In this document: piece by piece, positions 29,998 through 40,857 of the stretch
Position numbering within the stretch: the stretch's first letter is position 1
How the letters are laid out: each line of letters starts with the position of its first letter
NCBI GenBank assembly: GCA_963776665.1
Contig: CAVZNQ010000042.1
Location: forward strand, 4,340 to 68,339
DNA from: an uncultured Alphaproteobacteria bacterium
Lineage (GTDB): Bacteria > Pseudomonadota > Alphaproteobacteria > Rhizobiales > Beijerinckiaceae
Reading direction: 5' to 3'
Length of the DNA stretch: 64,000 nucleotides
Program-made: the position numbers and the translations under genes
The notes under the pieces: model-generated
Database searches by the model: none
The model's input: only the letters and a program-made list of their open reading frames with translations
Told to the model about the DNA's origin: nothing

Positions 29998-31143
29998 CTA
30001 CCGGAACCGCAAATTCGCCCGCGAAAGCTCGGCGACGGAGCGACAGCCCATGAGCCTCATGTCCCGCTCGATCTCCCGCCTGAGGAGGCCGAGCGCGCGC
30101 TCGACGCCGGGCCGGCCGGCCGCCGCGAGCGGAAAGAGATAGTAGCGGCCAAGTCCGACCGCCTTCGCGCCCATCGACAGCGCCTTGACGACATGCGTGC
30201 CGCGCTGGATCCCGCCGTCCATCATCACGTCGATACGGTCCCCCACCGCATCGACGATCTCGGCCAGCTGGTCGAAAGCGGCGCGCGAGCCGTCAAGCTG
30301 GCGCCCGCCGTGATTTGAGAGCACGATGCCGTTGCAGCCGATCTCGACGGCGCGCCTGGCGTCGGCGACCGTCATGATCCCCTTTAGGCAAAATGGGCCG
30401 TTCCAAAGCTTCACCATCTCCGCGACGTCCGCCCAATTCATTGACGGGTCGAGCATTTCGGTGAAGTAGCGGCCGATCGACAGCGCCCCGCCGCCCATAT
30501 TCACATGCTCGTCGAGCTGCGGCAGCCGGAATTTTTCGTGAGTGAAATAGTCGATCGCCCATTTCGGCTTGATCGCGAATTGCGCGGCGCCGCCAAGCGT
30601 CAGGCGGAACGGGATCGAGAAGCCGGTGCGCAGGTCGCGCTCACGGTTGCCGCCGGTGATGCTGTCGACGGTCAGCATCATCACATTCACGCCGGCGGAC
30701 TTCGCCCGCTCCAGCATCGCGCGGTTCAAGCCCCGGTCCTTGTGGAAGTAGAACTGGTAGACTTGCGGCGCGGAATGGGCCTTGCGCAATTCCTCGAGGC
30801 TGACCGTCCCGAGCGAGGAGACCCCGAACATGGTGCCAATCCCCGCCGAGGCTGCCGCCACCGCCCTCTCGCCCTCGTGGTGGAAGAGCCGCTGCAAGGC
30901 GGTCGGCGAGCAGTAGAACGGGACCGCCAGCTTCTGGCCCATGACGGTGACGGAGAGATCGACCGCCTCGACGCCGCGCAAAACGGACGGCACAAGGTCG
31001 CATTGTTCGAAGCTGGCGGTATTTCGCCGATAGGTCGTCTCGTCGTCAGCCGCGCCGTCGATATAGTCGAAGATCGGTCGCGGCAGCCGCCGCCGCGCCA
31101 GGCGGCGGAAATCATGAAAGTTGTGGCAATGACTAAGGCGCAT
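29998..31143 (-). CDS. FMN-dependent alpha-hydroxy acid dehydrogenase (LldD-like)
   Basis: FDYIDGAA, SNHGGRQLD, DGGIQRG. Confidence 0.92.
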   Translation of the reverse strand: MRLSHCHNFHDFRRLARRRLPRPIFDYIDGAADDETTYRRNTASFEQCDLVPSVLRGVEAVDLSVTVMGQKLAVPFYCSPTALQRLFHHEGERAVAAASAGIGTMFGVSSLGTVSLEELRKAHSAPQVYQFYFHKDRGLNRAMLERAKSAGVNVMMLTVDSITGGNRERDLRTGFSIPFRLTLGGAAQFAIKPKWAIDYFTHEKFRLPQLDEHVNMGGGALSIGRYFTEMLDPSMNWADVAEMVKLWNGPFCLKGIMTVADARRAVEIGCNGIVLSNHGGRQLDGSRAAFDQLAEIVDAVGDRIDVMMDGGIQRGTHVVKALSMGAKAVGLGRYYLFPLAAAGRPGVERALGLLRREIERDMRLMGCRSVAELSRANLRFR

Positions 31144-31181
31144 TGGCCCCGCATTTCTGGGCGCCGACAAGCGCGGCGGAT

Positions 31182-31412
31182 TCAGCTCTCCGACGTCGTC
31201 AGCGCGAGCGCGTGCAGTTCGCCGCCCATCTTCCCTTTGAGCGCGGCGTAGACCATCTGGTGCTGCTTCACCTTGTTGACGCCCCGGAAGGCGGCGGAGA
31301 CGACGCTGGCCGAATAATGGTTGCCGTCGCCCGCCAGGTCCTTCACCTCGACGCGGGCGTCGGGGAACGCCTCGTGGATCAATTGCTCAATCTCGGTTTG
31401 GGACATTGCCAT
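31182..31412 (-). CDS. bolA: BolA family protein
   Basis: GDGNHY...F.G...VKQHQMVY.AL...LHAL. Confidence 0.92.
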   Translation of the reverse strand: MAMSQTEIEQLIHEAFPDARVEVKDLAGDGNHYSASVVSAAFRGVNKVKQHQMVYAALKGKMGGELHALALTTSES

Positions 31413-31635
31413 GGCGATTGCGCTCCTTGATGGCCTCGACCGCGCGGTCTTCGTCCTCAGCCTCCGCCTCGAGCCGGGCGACGATGTCCTCGGCCGCTTC
31501 GGTTGCGGCGATTGTGACGCCGTCGGTCATGAGAATCATGCAGTCCGAGCTGTCGGAGGCGTTGACCGCGAGCACGTGCTCGGGCCTCAGATAGGCGAAG
31601 CCTGCCTTAGTCTTCACGACGACGAACGGAATCAT
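31387..31635 (-). CDS. Hypothetical protein
   Basis: Fills the purL-bolA gap; GGGGA RBS. Confidence 0.6.
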   Translation of the reverse strand: MIPFVVVKTKAGFAYLRPEHVLAVNASDSSDCMILMTDGVTIAATEAAEDIVARLEAEAEDEDRAVEAIKERNRHGNVPNRD

Positions 31636-31646
31636 GCGTTTTTCCC

Positions 31647-33842
31647 CTAATACCGATCCATAAAGTCCGGAAGCCAATTTTCATAGGCTTCCCTGAGCGC
31701 AGCGAGGGCAATCGTCGTAGCGCCGAGTCTCAGCGTCTCGCCGCCTGTGACGCCGATGCGCGAGAACGGGACGGCGAGTCGCCTAGCCTCCTCGGCGATG
31801 GCTTCCGTCTTGCCTGGCGGCGCAGCCAAAACGTAACGGCCCTGATCCTCACCGAACAGAAACGCGTGCTCGGGGTCCTCCGTCGCAATCGTCGCGCCCA
31901 TTGCTCCGGCCATAGCCATTTCGGCCAGCGCCACCGCGAGGCCGCCGTCGGAGACGTCATGGACGGCGGTGACCCGCTGCGCCCGAATGAGCGAAGCGAC
32001 GAATTCGCCGTTGCGGCGCTCGGCCTTAAGATCGACCGGAGGCGGCGCCCCCTCCTCCCGCCCCGCGACCGTCATCAGCCATGCGGAGCGGCCGAGCCAG
32101 CCCGGCGCCCCGCCGATTAGGAGAATATCGTCGCCCGCCGCCTTGAACGCGAGCGTCGCCGACCTGCCGACGTCGTCGACGAGGCCGACGCCGCCGATCG
32201 CGGGCGTCGGCGGTATCCCTTCCCCCATCGTCTCGTTGTAGAGCGAAACGTTGCCCGAAACGACCGGAAAATCGAGCGCCCGCGCCGCCTCGCCAATGCC
32301 CTCGATGCAGCCGACCAGTTCTCCCATCGTCTGGGCGCGCTCCGGATTGCCGAAATTGAGATTGTCGGTCAGCGCCAGCGGCCGCGCGCCGACCGCGATG
32401 AGATTCCGCCACGCCTCCGCCACCGCCTGTTTTCCGCCTTCGCGCGGATCGGCGACGCAATAGCGTTCGGTGCAGTCCGTGGTCAGCGCCAGGCCCTTCG
32501 GCCCATCGCCCAGTCTGACCACCGCGGCGTCCCCTCCCGGGCCCTGGACGGTGTTGCCGAGGATGAGCGTGTCGTATTGCTCGGCGATCCAGCGTCTGGA
32601 GCTGAGATCGGGCGAGCCCAGGAGCTTGATCAGCGCCGCGCCGGTCGGCATCGGGGCCTTGATCGCGGCGGGGTCGAGAACCGGCGCCAGCGGCGCTTCC
32701 GTCCACGGGCGGTCATAGAGAGGGGCTTCGGCTCCGAGCTCCTTGATCGGCAGGTCCGCCTTGACTTCGCCCTCCCGCCTGACGACGAAGCGCATCGAAT
32801 CGGTCGTCCTGCCGATGACGGCGAAGTCGAGCCCCCACTTGCGGAAAATGGCCTCGGCCGCTCTTTCCTTCTCGGGCTTGAGCACCATCAGCATCCGCTC
32901 CTGGCTCTCGGAGAGCATGATCTCGTAGGCGCTCATGCCCGTTTCGCGGCAAGGGACATGGTCGAGGTCGAGCTCGACGCCGAGATCGCCCTTGGCCCCC
33001 ATTTCGGCCGCCGACGATGTGAGGCCGGCCGCGCCCATGTCCTGGATCGCGACTACCGCCCCCGACGCCATCAGTTCGAGACAGGCTTCGAGAAGCAGCT
33101 TCTCGGAGAACGGATCGCCGACCTGGACGGTCGGGCGGCGCTCCTCGGCGTCGGCCTCGAAGGCCGCGGACGCCATGCTCGCGCCGTGGATACCGTCGCG
33201 CCCGGTCTTCGAGCCGAGATAGACGATCGGATTGCCGACCCCTGTGGCCTTCGAGGTGAAGATCGCGTCGCGCCTGGCGACGCCGACCGCCATAGCATTG
33301 ACGAGGATGTTGCCGTCATAGCGCCGATGGAAGCCGGTCGAGCCGCCGACGGTCGGCACGCCGAACGAATTGCCGTAGCCGCCGATCCCGGCGACGACGC
33401 CGGCCACGAGGCGCCGGGTCTTGGCGTGATCGGGCGCGCCGAAGCGGAGGAAGTTGAGACAGGCGACGGGCCGGGCGCCCATGGTGAAGACGTCGCGCAG
33501 GATGCCCCCGACGCCCGTCGCCGCGCCCTGATAGGGCTCGATGAACGAGGGATGGTTGTGGCTCTCCATCTTGAACACGCAAACGTCGCCATCGCCGATG
33601 TCGACGACGCCCGCGTTCTCGCCCGGTCCGTGGACGACGTGAGGGCCCGTGGTCGGCAGCTTGCGCAAATGGAGCCGCGAGGACTTGTACGAGCAGTGCT
33701 CGTTCCACATCGCCGAGACGATGCCGAGTTCGGTGAAGGTGGGCGTGCGGCCGATGAGCGCGACGAAGCGCGCATATTCGTCGGGCTTGAGGCCATGCGC
33801 GACGGCGAGCGCCTCGTCGACCTTGGGTTCTGCGGCGCTCAA
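31647..33842 (-). CDS. purL: Phosphoribosylformylglycinamidine synthase subunit PurL
   Basis: [32 protein letters not shown]. Confidence 0.97.
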   Translation of the reverse strand: MSAAEPKVDEALAVAHGLKPDEYARFVALIGRTPTFTELGIVSAMWNEHCSYKSSRLHLRKLPTTGPHVVHGPGENAGVVDIGDGDVCVFKMESHNHPSFIEPYQGAATGVGGILRDVFTMGARPVACLNFLRFGAPDHAKTRRLVAGVVAGIGGYGNSFGVPTVGGSTGFHRRYDGNILVNAMAVGVARRDAIFTSKATGVGNPIVYLGSKTGRDGIHGASMASAAFEADAEERRPTVQVGDPFSEKLLLEACLELMASGAVVAIQDMGAAGLTSSAAEMGAKGDLGVELDLDHVPCRETGMSAYEIMLSESQERMLMVLKPEKERAAEAIFRKWGLDFAVIGRTTDSMRFVVRREGEVKADLPIKELGAEAPLYDRPWTEAPLAPVLDPAAIKAPMPTGAALIKLLGSPDLSSRRWIAEQYDTLILGNTVQGPGGDAAVVRLGDGPKGLALTTDCTERYCVADPREGGKQAVAEAWRNLIAVGARPLALTDNLNFGNPERAQTMGELVGCIEGIGEAARALDFPVVSGNVSLYNETMGEGIPPTPAIGGVGLVDDVGRSATLAFKAAGDDILLIGGAPGWLGRSAWLMTVAGREEGAPPPVDLKAERRNGEFVASLIRAQRVTAVHDVSDGGLAVALAEMAMAGAMGATIATEDPEHAFLFGEDQGRYVLAAPPGKTEAIAEEARRLAVPFSRIGVTGGETLRLGATTIALAALREAYENWLPDFMDRY

Positions 33843-34038
33843 CGGCTCAGGCTCGCTCTCAAACGCGGAAACGACGCCCGCCCAATAGCCTTGAGCGGCG
33901 GCGACCTCAAGCGGGCCGCTAAATTAAGACGATAGCCAACCCACGCTAGGCTAAAAACGAGCCTTGTTGTCTCTAGGGAAAGAACCACTGTAGGTTTCGG
34001 CGCCCGATGTTTGGAGTCAAACAACCAGGGAGAGACCG

Positions 34039-34168
34039 ATGCAACGCCGCGATCTCAACGCTCCCGACGCGTACCTTCCCGTAGCCGCCTACACCAGGCG
34101 ATCGAAGTCTCAGGCGCTACCCGTACCCTTTATATTAGTGGCCAGGTTGGCCAGAGGATGGATGGACA
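34039..34168 (+). pseudogene. RidA family 5' fragment
   Basis: MQRRDLNAPDAYLPVAAY / QAIEV...LYISGQVG, frameshifted and truncated. Confidence 0.7.
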
Positions 34169-34229
34169 CGATGCCCGACGAACGTCGAGCAGAGCCGCCT
34201 CGCGGCGGAGATCTCGAAGCCGCAGCGAC

Positions 34230-34515
34230 GAGCGGCTTCACACGATACTGGGTCCCACGCATCTTCTCAGCAGCCCGAATGATCCGTGGCTCCGCCGCGA
34301 CATTGCGATGATGAACTGGACGGCCGACCAGATTGCCCGGACTGGCACGAAACTAGATCTTATCTATTCCCTCGCGGTTCCGATGACCCTCATGCGTAAT
34401 AGCGTTGAGCGTCGCGCCGTTATTGCGGGGCTTGCCGACGCACCTTGCGCGGCGATCTGGCTGAAAGTGGAAAATTTTGGCGACGACGCGACTGGGGAAA
34501 AAGTGGCGGCGTACT
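34230..34515 (+). pseudogene. Internal fragment of an unidentified larger protein
   Basis: LGPTHLL..PNDPWLRRD...AIWLKVENFGDDATGEK; no own start. Confidence 0.45.
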
Positions 34516-34786
34516 CAAGGCTGCCGGGATGACCATGGACGAGGTCTGCCGTCAAGGGGACCATATAGGCGGCCTGCCGGGGCTGAGGCACTGGCAGCAG
34601 GCGCGTAGGCGATCGCACAGGCGTCGCGAGCAGCAGACCTCATCGTCGGTGGGCTCGCCCCGGCGTGGAAGATCGAAGTCGAGGGTGTCGCCGTCGCTTG
34701 AGCGGCCAGAAGGGACTCCGCTGGGCATCGACATCATCGGCCGGTTGCTAACGCGACCGATCCCCCATGAGTCGCAGGCGCTCGTA

Positions 34787-35378
34787 ATGACCGATACCCC
34801 TCTATCCAAGCGCTATCGCGCCTACATCGCCTGCCTGAACCGGCAGGATTGGGCGAGCCTGCAAGAGTTCGTCCACGACGACGTGCGCCATAACGGCCGG
34901 CCGTTCGGCCTCGCCGGATATCGCGCTATGCTCGTGCGCGAGTTGGAGGAGATCCCGGACCTCCAGTTCAACATCGAAATGCTGGTCACCGAACCGGCCT
35001 TTCGTCGCCAGCCGGCTGAGGTTCGATTGCACGCCGAAGGGTGTGTTCCTCGGTCTGCCCGTCAACGGCAAGCGGGTCGTCTTCGCGGAGAACGTCTTCT
35101 ACAAATTCCGGCGTGGGAAAGGAAAGACAGCGATGCTCGAGCGCGATTTCGAGGAGATCCCGGACCTTCAATTCAACATCGAAATGCTGGTCACCGAACC
35201 GCCTTTCGTCGCCAGCCTGCTGAGGTTCGATTGCACGCCGAAGGGTGTGTTCCTCGGCCTGCCGGTCAACGGCAAGCGGGTCGCCTTCGCGGAGAACGTC
35301 TTTTATCGGTTCAGGAGCGGCAAGATCGAAGAGGTCTGGTCGGTCATCGACAAGGCGACGATCGAAGCTCAGCTTTGA
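34787..35378 (+). pseudogene. SnoaL-like ester cyclase with internal duplication and frameshift
   Basis: YRAYIACLNRQDW...IPDL.F...GKRV.FAENVFY.F..GKI.EVWSVIDK; ~195-bp segment present twice. Confidence 0.8.
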
Positions 35379-35407
35379 GGCGGACGCGACCAGGGAAGCG
35401 CCGTCCT

Positions 35408-37180
35408 TCACCTTCGCCCGAACAGCCGCTCGATGTCGGCGAGCTTGAGCTCGACGTAGGTCGGGCGGCCGTGGTTGCATTGGCCGGCGCCGGGCGTCTG
35501 CTCCATCTCGCGCAAGAGCGCGTTCATTTCGTCGGGCTTGAGCGCCCGCCCCGAGCGCACCGAATGGCGGCAGGCGAACGTCCCGAGCCAGCGGTCGAGC
35601 CGGCGGGCGAGGCTCTGCGCGCCGTCGTCGGCCGCAAGGTCGGCGGCAAGGTCGCGCACGAGGCCGGCGAGGTCGCCCTGGGCGATCGCCGCGGGCGCTT
35701 CGCGCACCATGACCGCGCCGGGGCCGAAGCCCTCGACGATGAGGCCGAGGCCGGCGAGCTCATGCGAATGCGCCTCGATAAGCGCCGCCGCGTCAGGGTC
35801 GAGATCGACCACCATGGGCGTGAGCAGCGTCTGCCGCTCGATCGCGCCGCCCTCGCGCTCGCGCTTGAGCTTCTCGTAGACGATGCGCTCATGCGCCGCG
35901 TGCTGGTCGACGATGACGACGCCGTCGGCGGTCTGGGCGATGATGTAATTCTCATGCACCTGCGCCCGCGCCGCGCCGAGCGGCGCCATGAGGTCGCGCT
36001 CGTTCGCCGGCGCGGCCGGGGCCGGCGCCGAGGGCGCGAACTCGGAGAACGCCGCCTGCGCCGGCTCGGCGAGCCGCGGCGCCGCGGGCGAAGCCCGCCA
36101 GTCCCAGCGGGCCAGGGTCGAGACTCCGCGGTGGGGGCGCATGGCGAGGATCGTCGCCGTCCCGCCGGTGGACGCGGCCCGATGCAGGGCCTCGTTCAGG
36201 CGCTGCTTGATCGTCCCCACGATGAGGCTCCTGACGAGGCCGGCGTCGCGAAAGCGCACTTCGCTCTTCGCCGGGTGGACGTTGACGTCGACCTCGCTCG
36301 GCTCGCACTCGACGAACAGCGCCGCGACGGCGTGCCGGTCGGGAGGCAGGAAATCGAGATAGGCGCCACGCAGCGCGCCGGCCAACGTCTTGTCGCGGAC
36401 CGCCCGCCCATTGACGAACAGGAACTGCTGCGACGCGTTCGGCCGGCTGAAGGTCGGAAGACCCACCCGGCCGGAAAGCCGCGCGCTTTCGCGTCCCGAA
36501 TCGAGCCCGACCGAATTTGCCGCGAAGTCGTCGCCAAGCGCCTGGCGCAGCCGCTCGGTGAAGCCCGTTTCGCCCTGGCGCGCGGCCGGCCAGTCGAAGG
36601 ACGAGCCGATGTCGGTTGTGAACGAAAAGCGCACGTGCGGCGCCGCCATGGCGAGGCGCTTCACCGCATCGGCCGCGGCGAGCGCCTCAGCCCGATCGGA
36701 CTTGAGGAACTTGAGCCTGGCCGGGGTGGCGGCGAAGAGATCGCGCGCCTCGACCCGCGCGCCGACCGGCGCGGCGCAGGGCTCGATCGCGCTTTTGATT
36801 CCGTCCTCGACAACGAGCCTCAAGCCGGTCGGCGCGCCAGCCGCTCGGGTGCGGATTTCGAGCCGCGACACCGAGGCGATCGAGGGCAGCGCCTCGCCGC
36901 GGAAGCCGAAGGTTGCGATCGCGGTCAGATCGCCGTCGGGAATTTTCGACGTCGCGTGCCGCTCGACGGAGAGCGCGAGATCGGCAGCGTCCATCCCGCG
37001 CCCGTCGTCGACGACCCGGATCAGCCGTCGCCCGCCGGCTTCGATCGCGACCTCGATCGCTTTCGCCCCGGCGTCGAGCGCATTCTCGACAAGTTCCTTG
37101 ATCGCCGCCGCCGGCCGCTCGATCACCTCGCCCGCGGCGATGCGGTCGATGACAAGCGGATCGAGACGGCGAATCGGCAT
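35408..37180 (-). CDS. mutL: DNA mismatch repair protein MutL
   Basis: IAAGEVIERP, GFRGEAL, DQHAAHER, CNHGRP. Confidence 0.97.
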   Translation of the reverse strand: MPIRRLDPLVIDRIAAGEVIERPAAAIKELVENALDAGAKAIEVAIEAGGRRLIRVVDDGRGMDAADLALSVERHATSKIPDGDLTAIATFGFRGEALPSIASVSRLEIRTRAAGAPTGLRLVVEDGIKSAIEPCAAPVGARVEARDLFAATPARLKFLKSDRAEALAAADAVKRLAMAAPHVRFSFTTDIGSSFDWPAARQGETGFTERLRQALGDDFAANSVGLDSGRESARLSGRVGLPTFSRPNASQQFLFVNGRAVRDKTLAGALRGAYLDFLPPDRHAVAALFVECEPSEVDVNVHPAKSEVRFRDAGLVRSLIVGTIKQRLNEALHRAASTGGTATILAMRPHRGVSTLARWDWRASPAAPRLAEPAQAAFSEFAPSAPAPAAPANERDLMAPLGAARAQVHENYIIAQTADGVVIVDQHAAHERIVYEKLKREREGGAIERQTLLTPMVVDLDPDAAALIEAHSHELAGLGLIVEGFGPGAVMVREAPAAIAQGDLAGLVRDLAADLAADDGAQSLARRLDRWLGTFACRHSVRSGRALKPDEMNALLREMEQTPGAGQCNHGRPTYVELKLADIERLFGRR

Positions 37181-37244
37181 GGGGCGAGGGACCTCGGGCG
37201 CACTATCGCATTGGATGAGGAGCGAGGGGAAGGCGGGTCAGACG

Positions 37245-37359
37245 CCCTCTCCCGCTCCGAGAGAAAGTCGTCGCGGTGAGGGCTCGCGCGCCGCAAGGCG
37301 GGCCTACTCGGCGAACCCCTCATCCGGCGCTCCGCGCCACCTTCTCCCGAAGGGAGAAG
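37245..37359. repeat. Alphaproteobacterial REP-like palindromic element
   Basis: CCCTCTCCC...GTGAGGG and CCCCTCATCCGGCGCT.CGCGCCACCTTCTCCCGAAGGGAGAAG. Confidence 0.7.
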
Positions 37360-37365
37360 CAAGAG

Positions 37366-38649
37366 TTAGAACCCCTCCGGCCGTCCCACCACCGTCGTCA
37401 GGAGCGAGCCGTCGCCGAAGGCGCGGTGGGCGGCGCGCTTGACGCTCTTGATCGTCACGCCCCCGATCTCGCGGTTGCGCTCGACGAGCCAGTCCGGCGA
37501 CCGGCGCTCGAGCTGGATGTGGATGAGCTGGGAGGCGATCTTGGCCGAAGTGTCGAAGCGCAAAGGATAGGAGCCGATGAGATAGGTCTTGCCCTTCTCG
37601 AGTTCCTCTTGGTTGAGGCCGTTCAGCGCCACGTCGCGGATTTCCGCCGAAGCGACGTCGAACAATTCGCGCGCCCGCTCGTTCTTGGTCGTGGTGCCGC
37701 CGTAGAAATAGGTGCCGTGCTCGAGCGCGTAGAAGGTCCCGAACACGGTATAGGCGAGGCCGCGCTTCTCGCGCACTTCGCGAAAGAGCCGCGAGGTCAT
37801 CGAGCCCGAGCCGCCGAGGATATGGGCGGCGACGATGCTGGCGATATAGTCGGGGTCGTCGCGTCTGAGCGCCGGCCGGCCGAAGCGGATGGTCGATTGC
37901 GGCACGTCGAGGTCGATGAGGTCGACCCCGCCCAGACCCTTGAACGCCGCGTCGGCGACGGGTTTCAAGTCCGCCTTGGCCGGCAGGTCGGCGAACGCCT
38001 TGTCGACCAGCGCCGCCGCGTCTTTTTCGTCGATCGCGCCGACGACGGCGATCATCAACCGGTCGCGGGCGATCCCGCGCCTGGCGGCCTCGACGAGATC
38101 GGCCCGCTCGATCCGAGCTAGCGTCTCGAGCGAGCCGTCGGCCGGCTGGCCGTAGGGATGATCGGGAAAGGCTTTCGCCTTCCAGTTGCGGTTGGCGAGG
38201 GTGCCGGGATCGTTGGCGACGTGACGCAGGCGGGCGTTCATGTGGTCGCGCACGCGCTCGAACGGCTCCTCGTCGAACCGCGGCGCATTGAGGGCGAGCC
38301 GCAGAAGCTCACCGGCGCGATCGAGGTTCTTGGTCAGCGTTCGCATGCGCCCGCTCCAATGGTCGCGGTCGCAGTGGAAGCTCATCTCGACCGCCTTCTC
38401 GTCCAGCGCCCGATGGAAGGCTTGCGAATCGAGGTCGCCCGCGCCCTCGTCGAGGAGCCCGGTCGTTAGCGACCCGAGGCCGGCCTTTTCGGCCGGGTCC
38501 TGGGCCGCGCCCCCGCGCATGGCGAATTCGAGCGACACCAGCGGCACCGCGTAGGAGCGGACCAGCCACAGGTTGAGGCCGCGCGGGGTCGTGACGACGT
38601 CGACGTTGACGGCGGAGTGGGAAGGGGAAAGGGCGATGTGTTTTTGCAT
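37366..38649 (-). CDS. M16 peptidase family, non-catalytic subunit
   Basis: M16-like domains, RLFREVREKRGLAY, no HxxEH. Confidence 0.9.
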   Translation of the reverse strand: MQKHIALSPSHSAVNVDVVTTPRGLNLWLVRSYAVPLVSLEFAMRGGAAQDPAEKAGLGSLTTGLLDEGAGDLDSQAFHRALDEKAVEMSFHCDRDHWSGRMRTLTKNLDRAGELLRLALNAPRFDEEPFERVRDHMNARLRHVANDPGTLANRNWKAKAFPDHPYGQPADGSLETLARIERADLVEAARRGIARDRLMIAVVGAIDEKDAAALVDKAFADLPAKADLKPVADAAFKGLGGVDLIDLDVPQSTIRFGRPALRRDDPDYIASIVAAHILGGSGSMTSRLFREVREKRGLAYTVFGTFYALEHGTYFYGGTTTKNERARELFDVASAEIRDVALNGLNQEELEKGKTYLIGSYPLRFDTSAKIASQLIHIQLERRSPDWLVERNREIGGVTIKSVKRAAHRAFGDGSLLTTVVGRPEGF

Positions 38650-38725
38650 GGGCGCTTCCACGTTTTCATTTTGTTGGCCCGAGCGCTTTTTCGACGCGGC
38701 GAGCAGGCGAACCGTCTCGAGCTCC

Positions 38726-40021
38726 CTATGCGGCCTCGCTCTCGAGCGGCAGCAGATGGCCGGTGACGGCAGGCTTGTGATCGAGCCAATGGCGCGCCGC
38801 CTCGACGACCGCCTCCGCGCCGACCGCCTCGATTCTCGCCGGCCATTCCTCGACGTCGCGGAGCGTCTGCCCGATCGCCAGCGACGAGCCATACCAGCGC
38901 GCGAGGTCCGACTGGCTGTCGCGCGCGTAAGTCGCGTCGGCCACAAGGCGGGTCTTGGCCCGCTCGAGGTCGCCCGAGTCGACGCCCAGATCAAGGAACT
39001 TCGCCAGCGCACGGTCGAACGCCTTGTCGAGCGCTTCCAGCGTGACGCCGGGCGCGGGGGTCATATTGACGATGAACCGGCTCTGGTCGAGCGCGGTGCC
39101 GTGGTAATAGGCCCAGGCCGAGACCGCGAGTTTCTCCTCTATCACCAGCATGCGATAGAGCACGCTGGTCTGGCCGCCGCCGAGAAGATGGCCGAGCACT
39201 TCGAGCGCTTCGGCCTCGCCGTCCTTTGCGGTGCGGGCGGAGGGCGCGAGATAATGCCGCTGCCAGCCCGGCTGCTCGACCTTGTCGTCGGCGACCTTGA
39301 CCAGTCGGCTCGCGACGGTCGGCGGCTCCATGGGCCTCACCCGCTCGGGCTTCGCCCCCCGCGGCTTGATCTTGCCGTAGGTCTCCTCCGCCAGCGCCAG
39401 CGCCTCTTCGGGCTCGACGTCGCCCGCCACCACCAGGATGGCGTTTTCGGGGGTATAGAAGCGTTTGTAATAGGCGAGCGCGTCCTCGCGCCTGAGGCCC
39501 TCGATCTCGTGTCCCCAGCCGATGACCGGAATGCCGTAAGGGTGGTGGGTGAAGAGGGTCGCCTGAACAGCTTCGCCGAGCTGCGCGCCCGGGTCGGTGT
39601 CGCAATGCATGCGCCGCTCTTCGAGCACCACGTCGCGCTCGGGCGCGACGATGTCGTCGGTGAGGATGAGCCCGGTCATCCGGTCGGCCTCGAACGCCAT
39701 GCAGGCTTTCAGGTGCTGCTTTGCGATCTGCTGGAAATAGGCGGTGAAATCGTTGCCGGTGAAGGCGTTCTCCTGGCCGCCGACCTCGGAGACAAATTCC
39801 GAGAACTCGCCCTTGGGATGGCGCTTGGTGCCTTTGAACATCAGATGCTCGAGGAAATGGGCGATGCCTGACTTTCCCGGCGGATCGTCGGCCGCGCCGT
39901 TGCGGTACCAGACCATGTGGGTGACGACGGGGGCGCGATGGTCGGGAATGACGATGACGTCGAGGCCGTTGCCGAGAATGAAATGCGCGACCTTGGCCGC
40001 TGGCTGAACATGAGACGTCAT
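38726..40021 (-). CDS. M16 zinc peptidase, catalytic subunit
   Basis: AHFLEHLMFKGT (HxxEH). Confidence 0.93.
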   Translation of the reverse strand: MTSHVQPAAKVAHFILGNGLDVIVIPDHRAPVVTHMVWYRNGAADDPPGKSGIAHFLEHLMFKGTKRHPKGEFSEFVSEVGGQENAFTGNDFTAYFQQIAKQHLKACMAFEADRMTGLILTDDIVAPERDVVLEERRMHCDTDPGAQLGEAVQATLFTHHPYGIPVIGWGHEIEGLRREDALAYYKRFYTPENAILVVAGDVEPEEALALAEETYGKIKPRGAKPERVRPMEPPTVASRLVKVADDKVEQPGWQRHYLAPSARTAKDGEAEALEVLGHLLGGGQTSVLYRMLVIEEKLAVSAWAYYHGTALDQSRFIVNMTPAPGVTLEALDKAFDRALAKFLDLGVDSGDLERAKTRLVADATYARDSQSDLARWYGSSLAIGQTLRDVEEWPARIEAVGAEAVVEAARHWLDHKPAVTGHLLPLESEAA

Positions 40022-40161
40022 CCGCGTTCCGTTTTTCGTTGATTGGACCTTCGCCGGCGATGGGGCTGCGAGACGGCCCAATCGTGACGATCCTGCGACA
40101 TATAAGGCGCCGCCGCGCGGCTTGCGAGTCGGGGATTGGCGGAGGGCTAACCGGGCGGGCG

Positions 40162-40554
40162 TCAAAGAAACGGATTGACGATCGTGCAGTCCCCAAACCG
40201 CCGGCCGTGCTGGAAATCCTCGCTGTAGAGCGTTTCGCAGCCCGCCTCGATCGCGGCGGCGAGGATGAGCGCGTCGTAAAAGGCCAGCGAATGGTCGCGC
40301 GCGAGCACGACCGCCGCGGCGTGGGTGGCGGATGTTATGGGGACGATATTGCGGAGCCAATCGCGAATAACCGCGAGCGCCGCCTCGATGTCCGGCCACG
40401 AGCGCCGACGCTTCTTGTGCGCGACATGCGTGAACTCGTTCAGCACCTGGGCGCTGATCACGCCGCCCTGCGCGAGGACCTCCAGGGCGCGCTCGCGCTT
40501 CTCTACGTCCAGAAATGCGTAAACGATGACATTCGAATCGAAGAACGGGCTCAA
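40162..40554 (-). CDS. vapC: PIN-domain toxin VapC
   Basis: FFDSNVIVY...QVLNEF...YDALI.AAA...LYSEDFQHG. Confidence 0.9.
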   Translation of the reverse strand: MSPFFDSNVIVYAFLDVEKRERALEVLAQGGVISAQVLNEFTHVAHKKRRRSWPDIEAALAVIRDWLRNIVPITSATHAAAVVLARDHSLAFYDALILAAAIEAGCETLYSEDFQHGRRFGDCTIVNPFL

Positions 40555-40781
40555 CGCTTGTTCGCTTCGTCACGATCGAACTTGTAGCCCTCCGGCGCGG
40601 GCCAGCTGAACTGCTCCATCGCTTTCAGAAACTCCGCGCGGCGGTCACGCTTCTCGACCACGATCTCCTTCTTGTTCGCCGAGACGACCTCAAGCTCGTC
40701 GCCGGGCGCGAGATGGAGCGCATCGACAAGAGCCTTTGGCAGTCTCACCGCGAGACTGTTTCCCCATTTCGCTACGTGCAT
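40551..40781 (-). CDS. vapB: AbrB/MazE-type antitoxin
   Basis: VAKWGNSLAVRLP; 4-nt overlap with the toxin. Confidence 0.9.
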   Translation of the reverse strand: MHVAKWGNSLAVRLPKALVDALHLAPGDELEVVSANKKEIVVEKRDRRAEFLKAMEQFSWPAPEGYKFDRDEANKR

Positions 40782-40793
40782 GATATCCTCAAT

Positions 40794-40819
40794 TGATATA
40801 CTTTAGGTCTTGTATATCA
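40794..40819. promoter_or_regulatory. Probable vapBC operator
   Basis: TGATATAC-N10-GTATATCA perfect inverted repeat upstream of the antitoxin. Confidence 0.65.
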
Positions 40820-40857
40820 TTTCCCGGCCGGCCCCGTCAACGCCGTTTGCGCGAGGC

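Noticed and set aside
34445-37279. 944-aa plus-strand ORF
   Set aside because: Antisense shadow of mutL joined to the start of the SnoaL gene; a high-GC artefact
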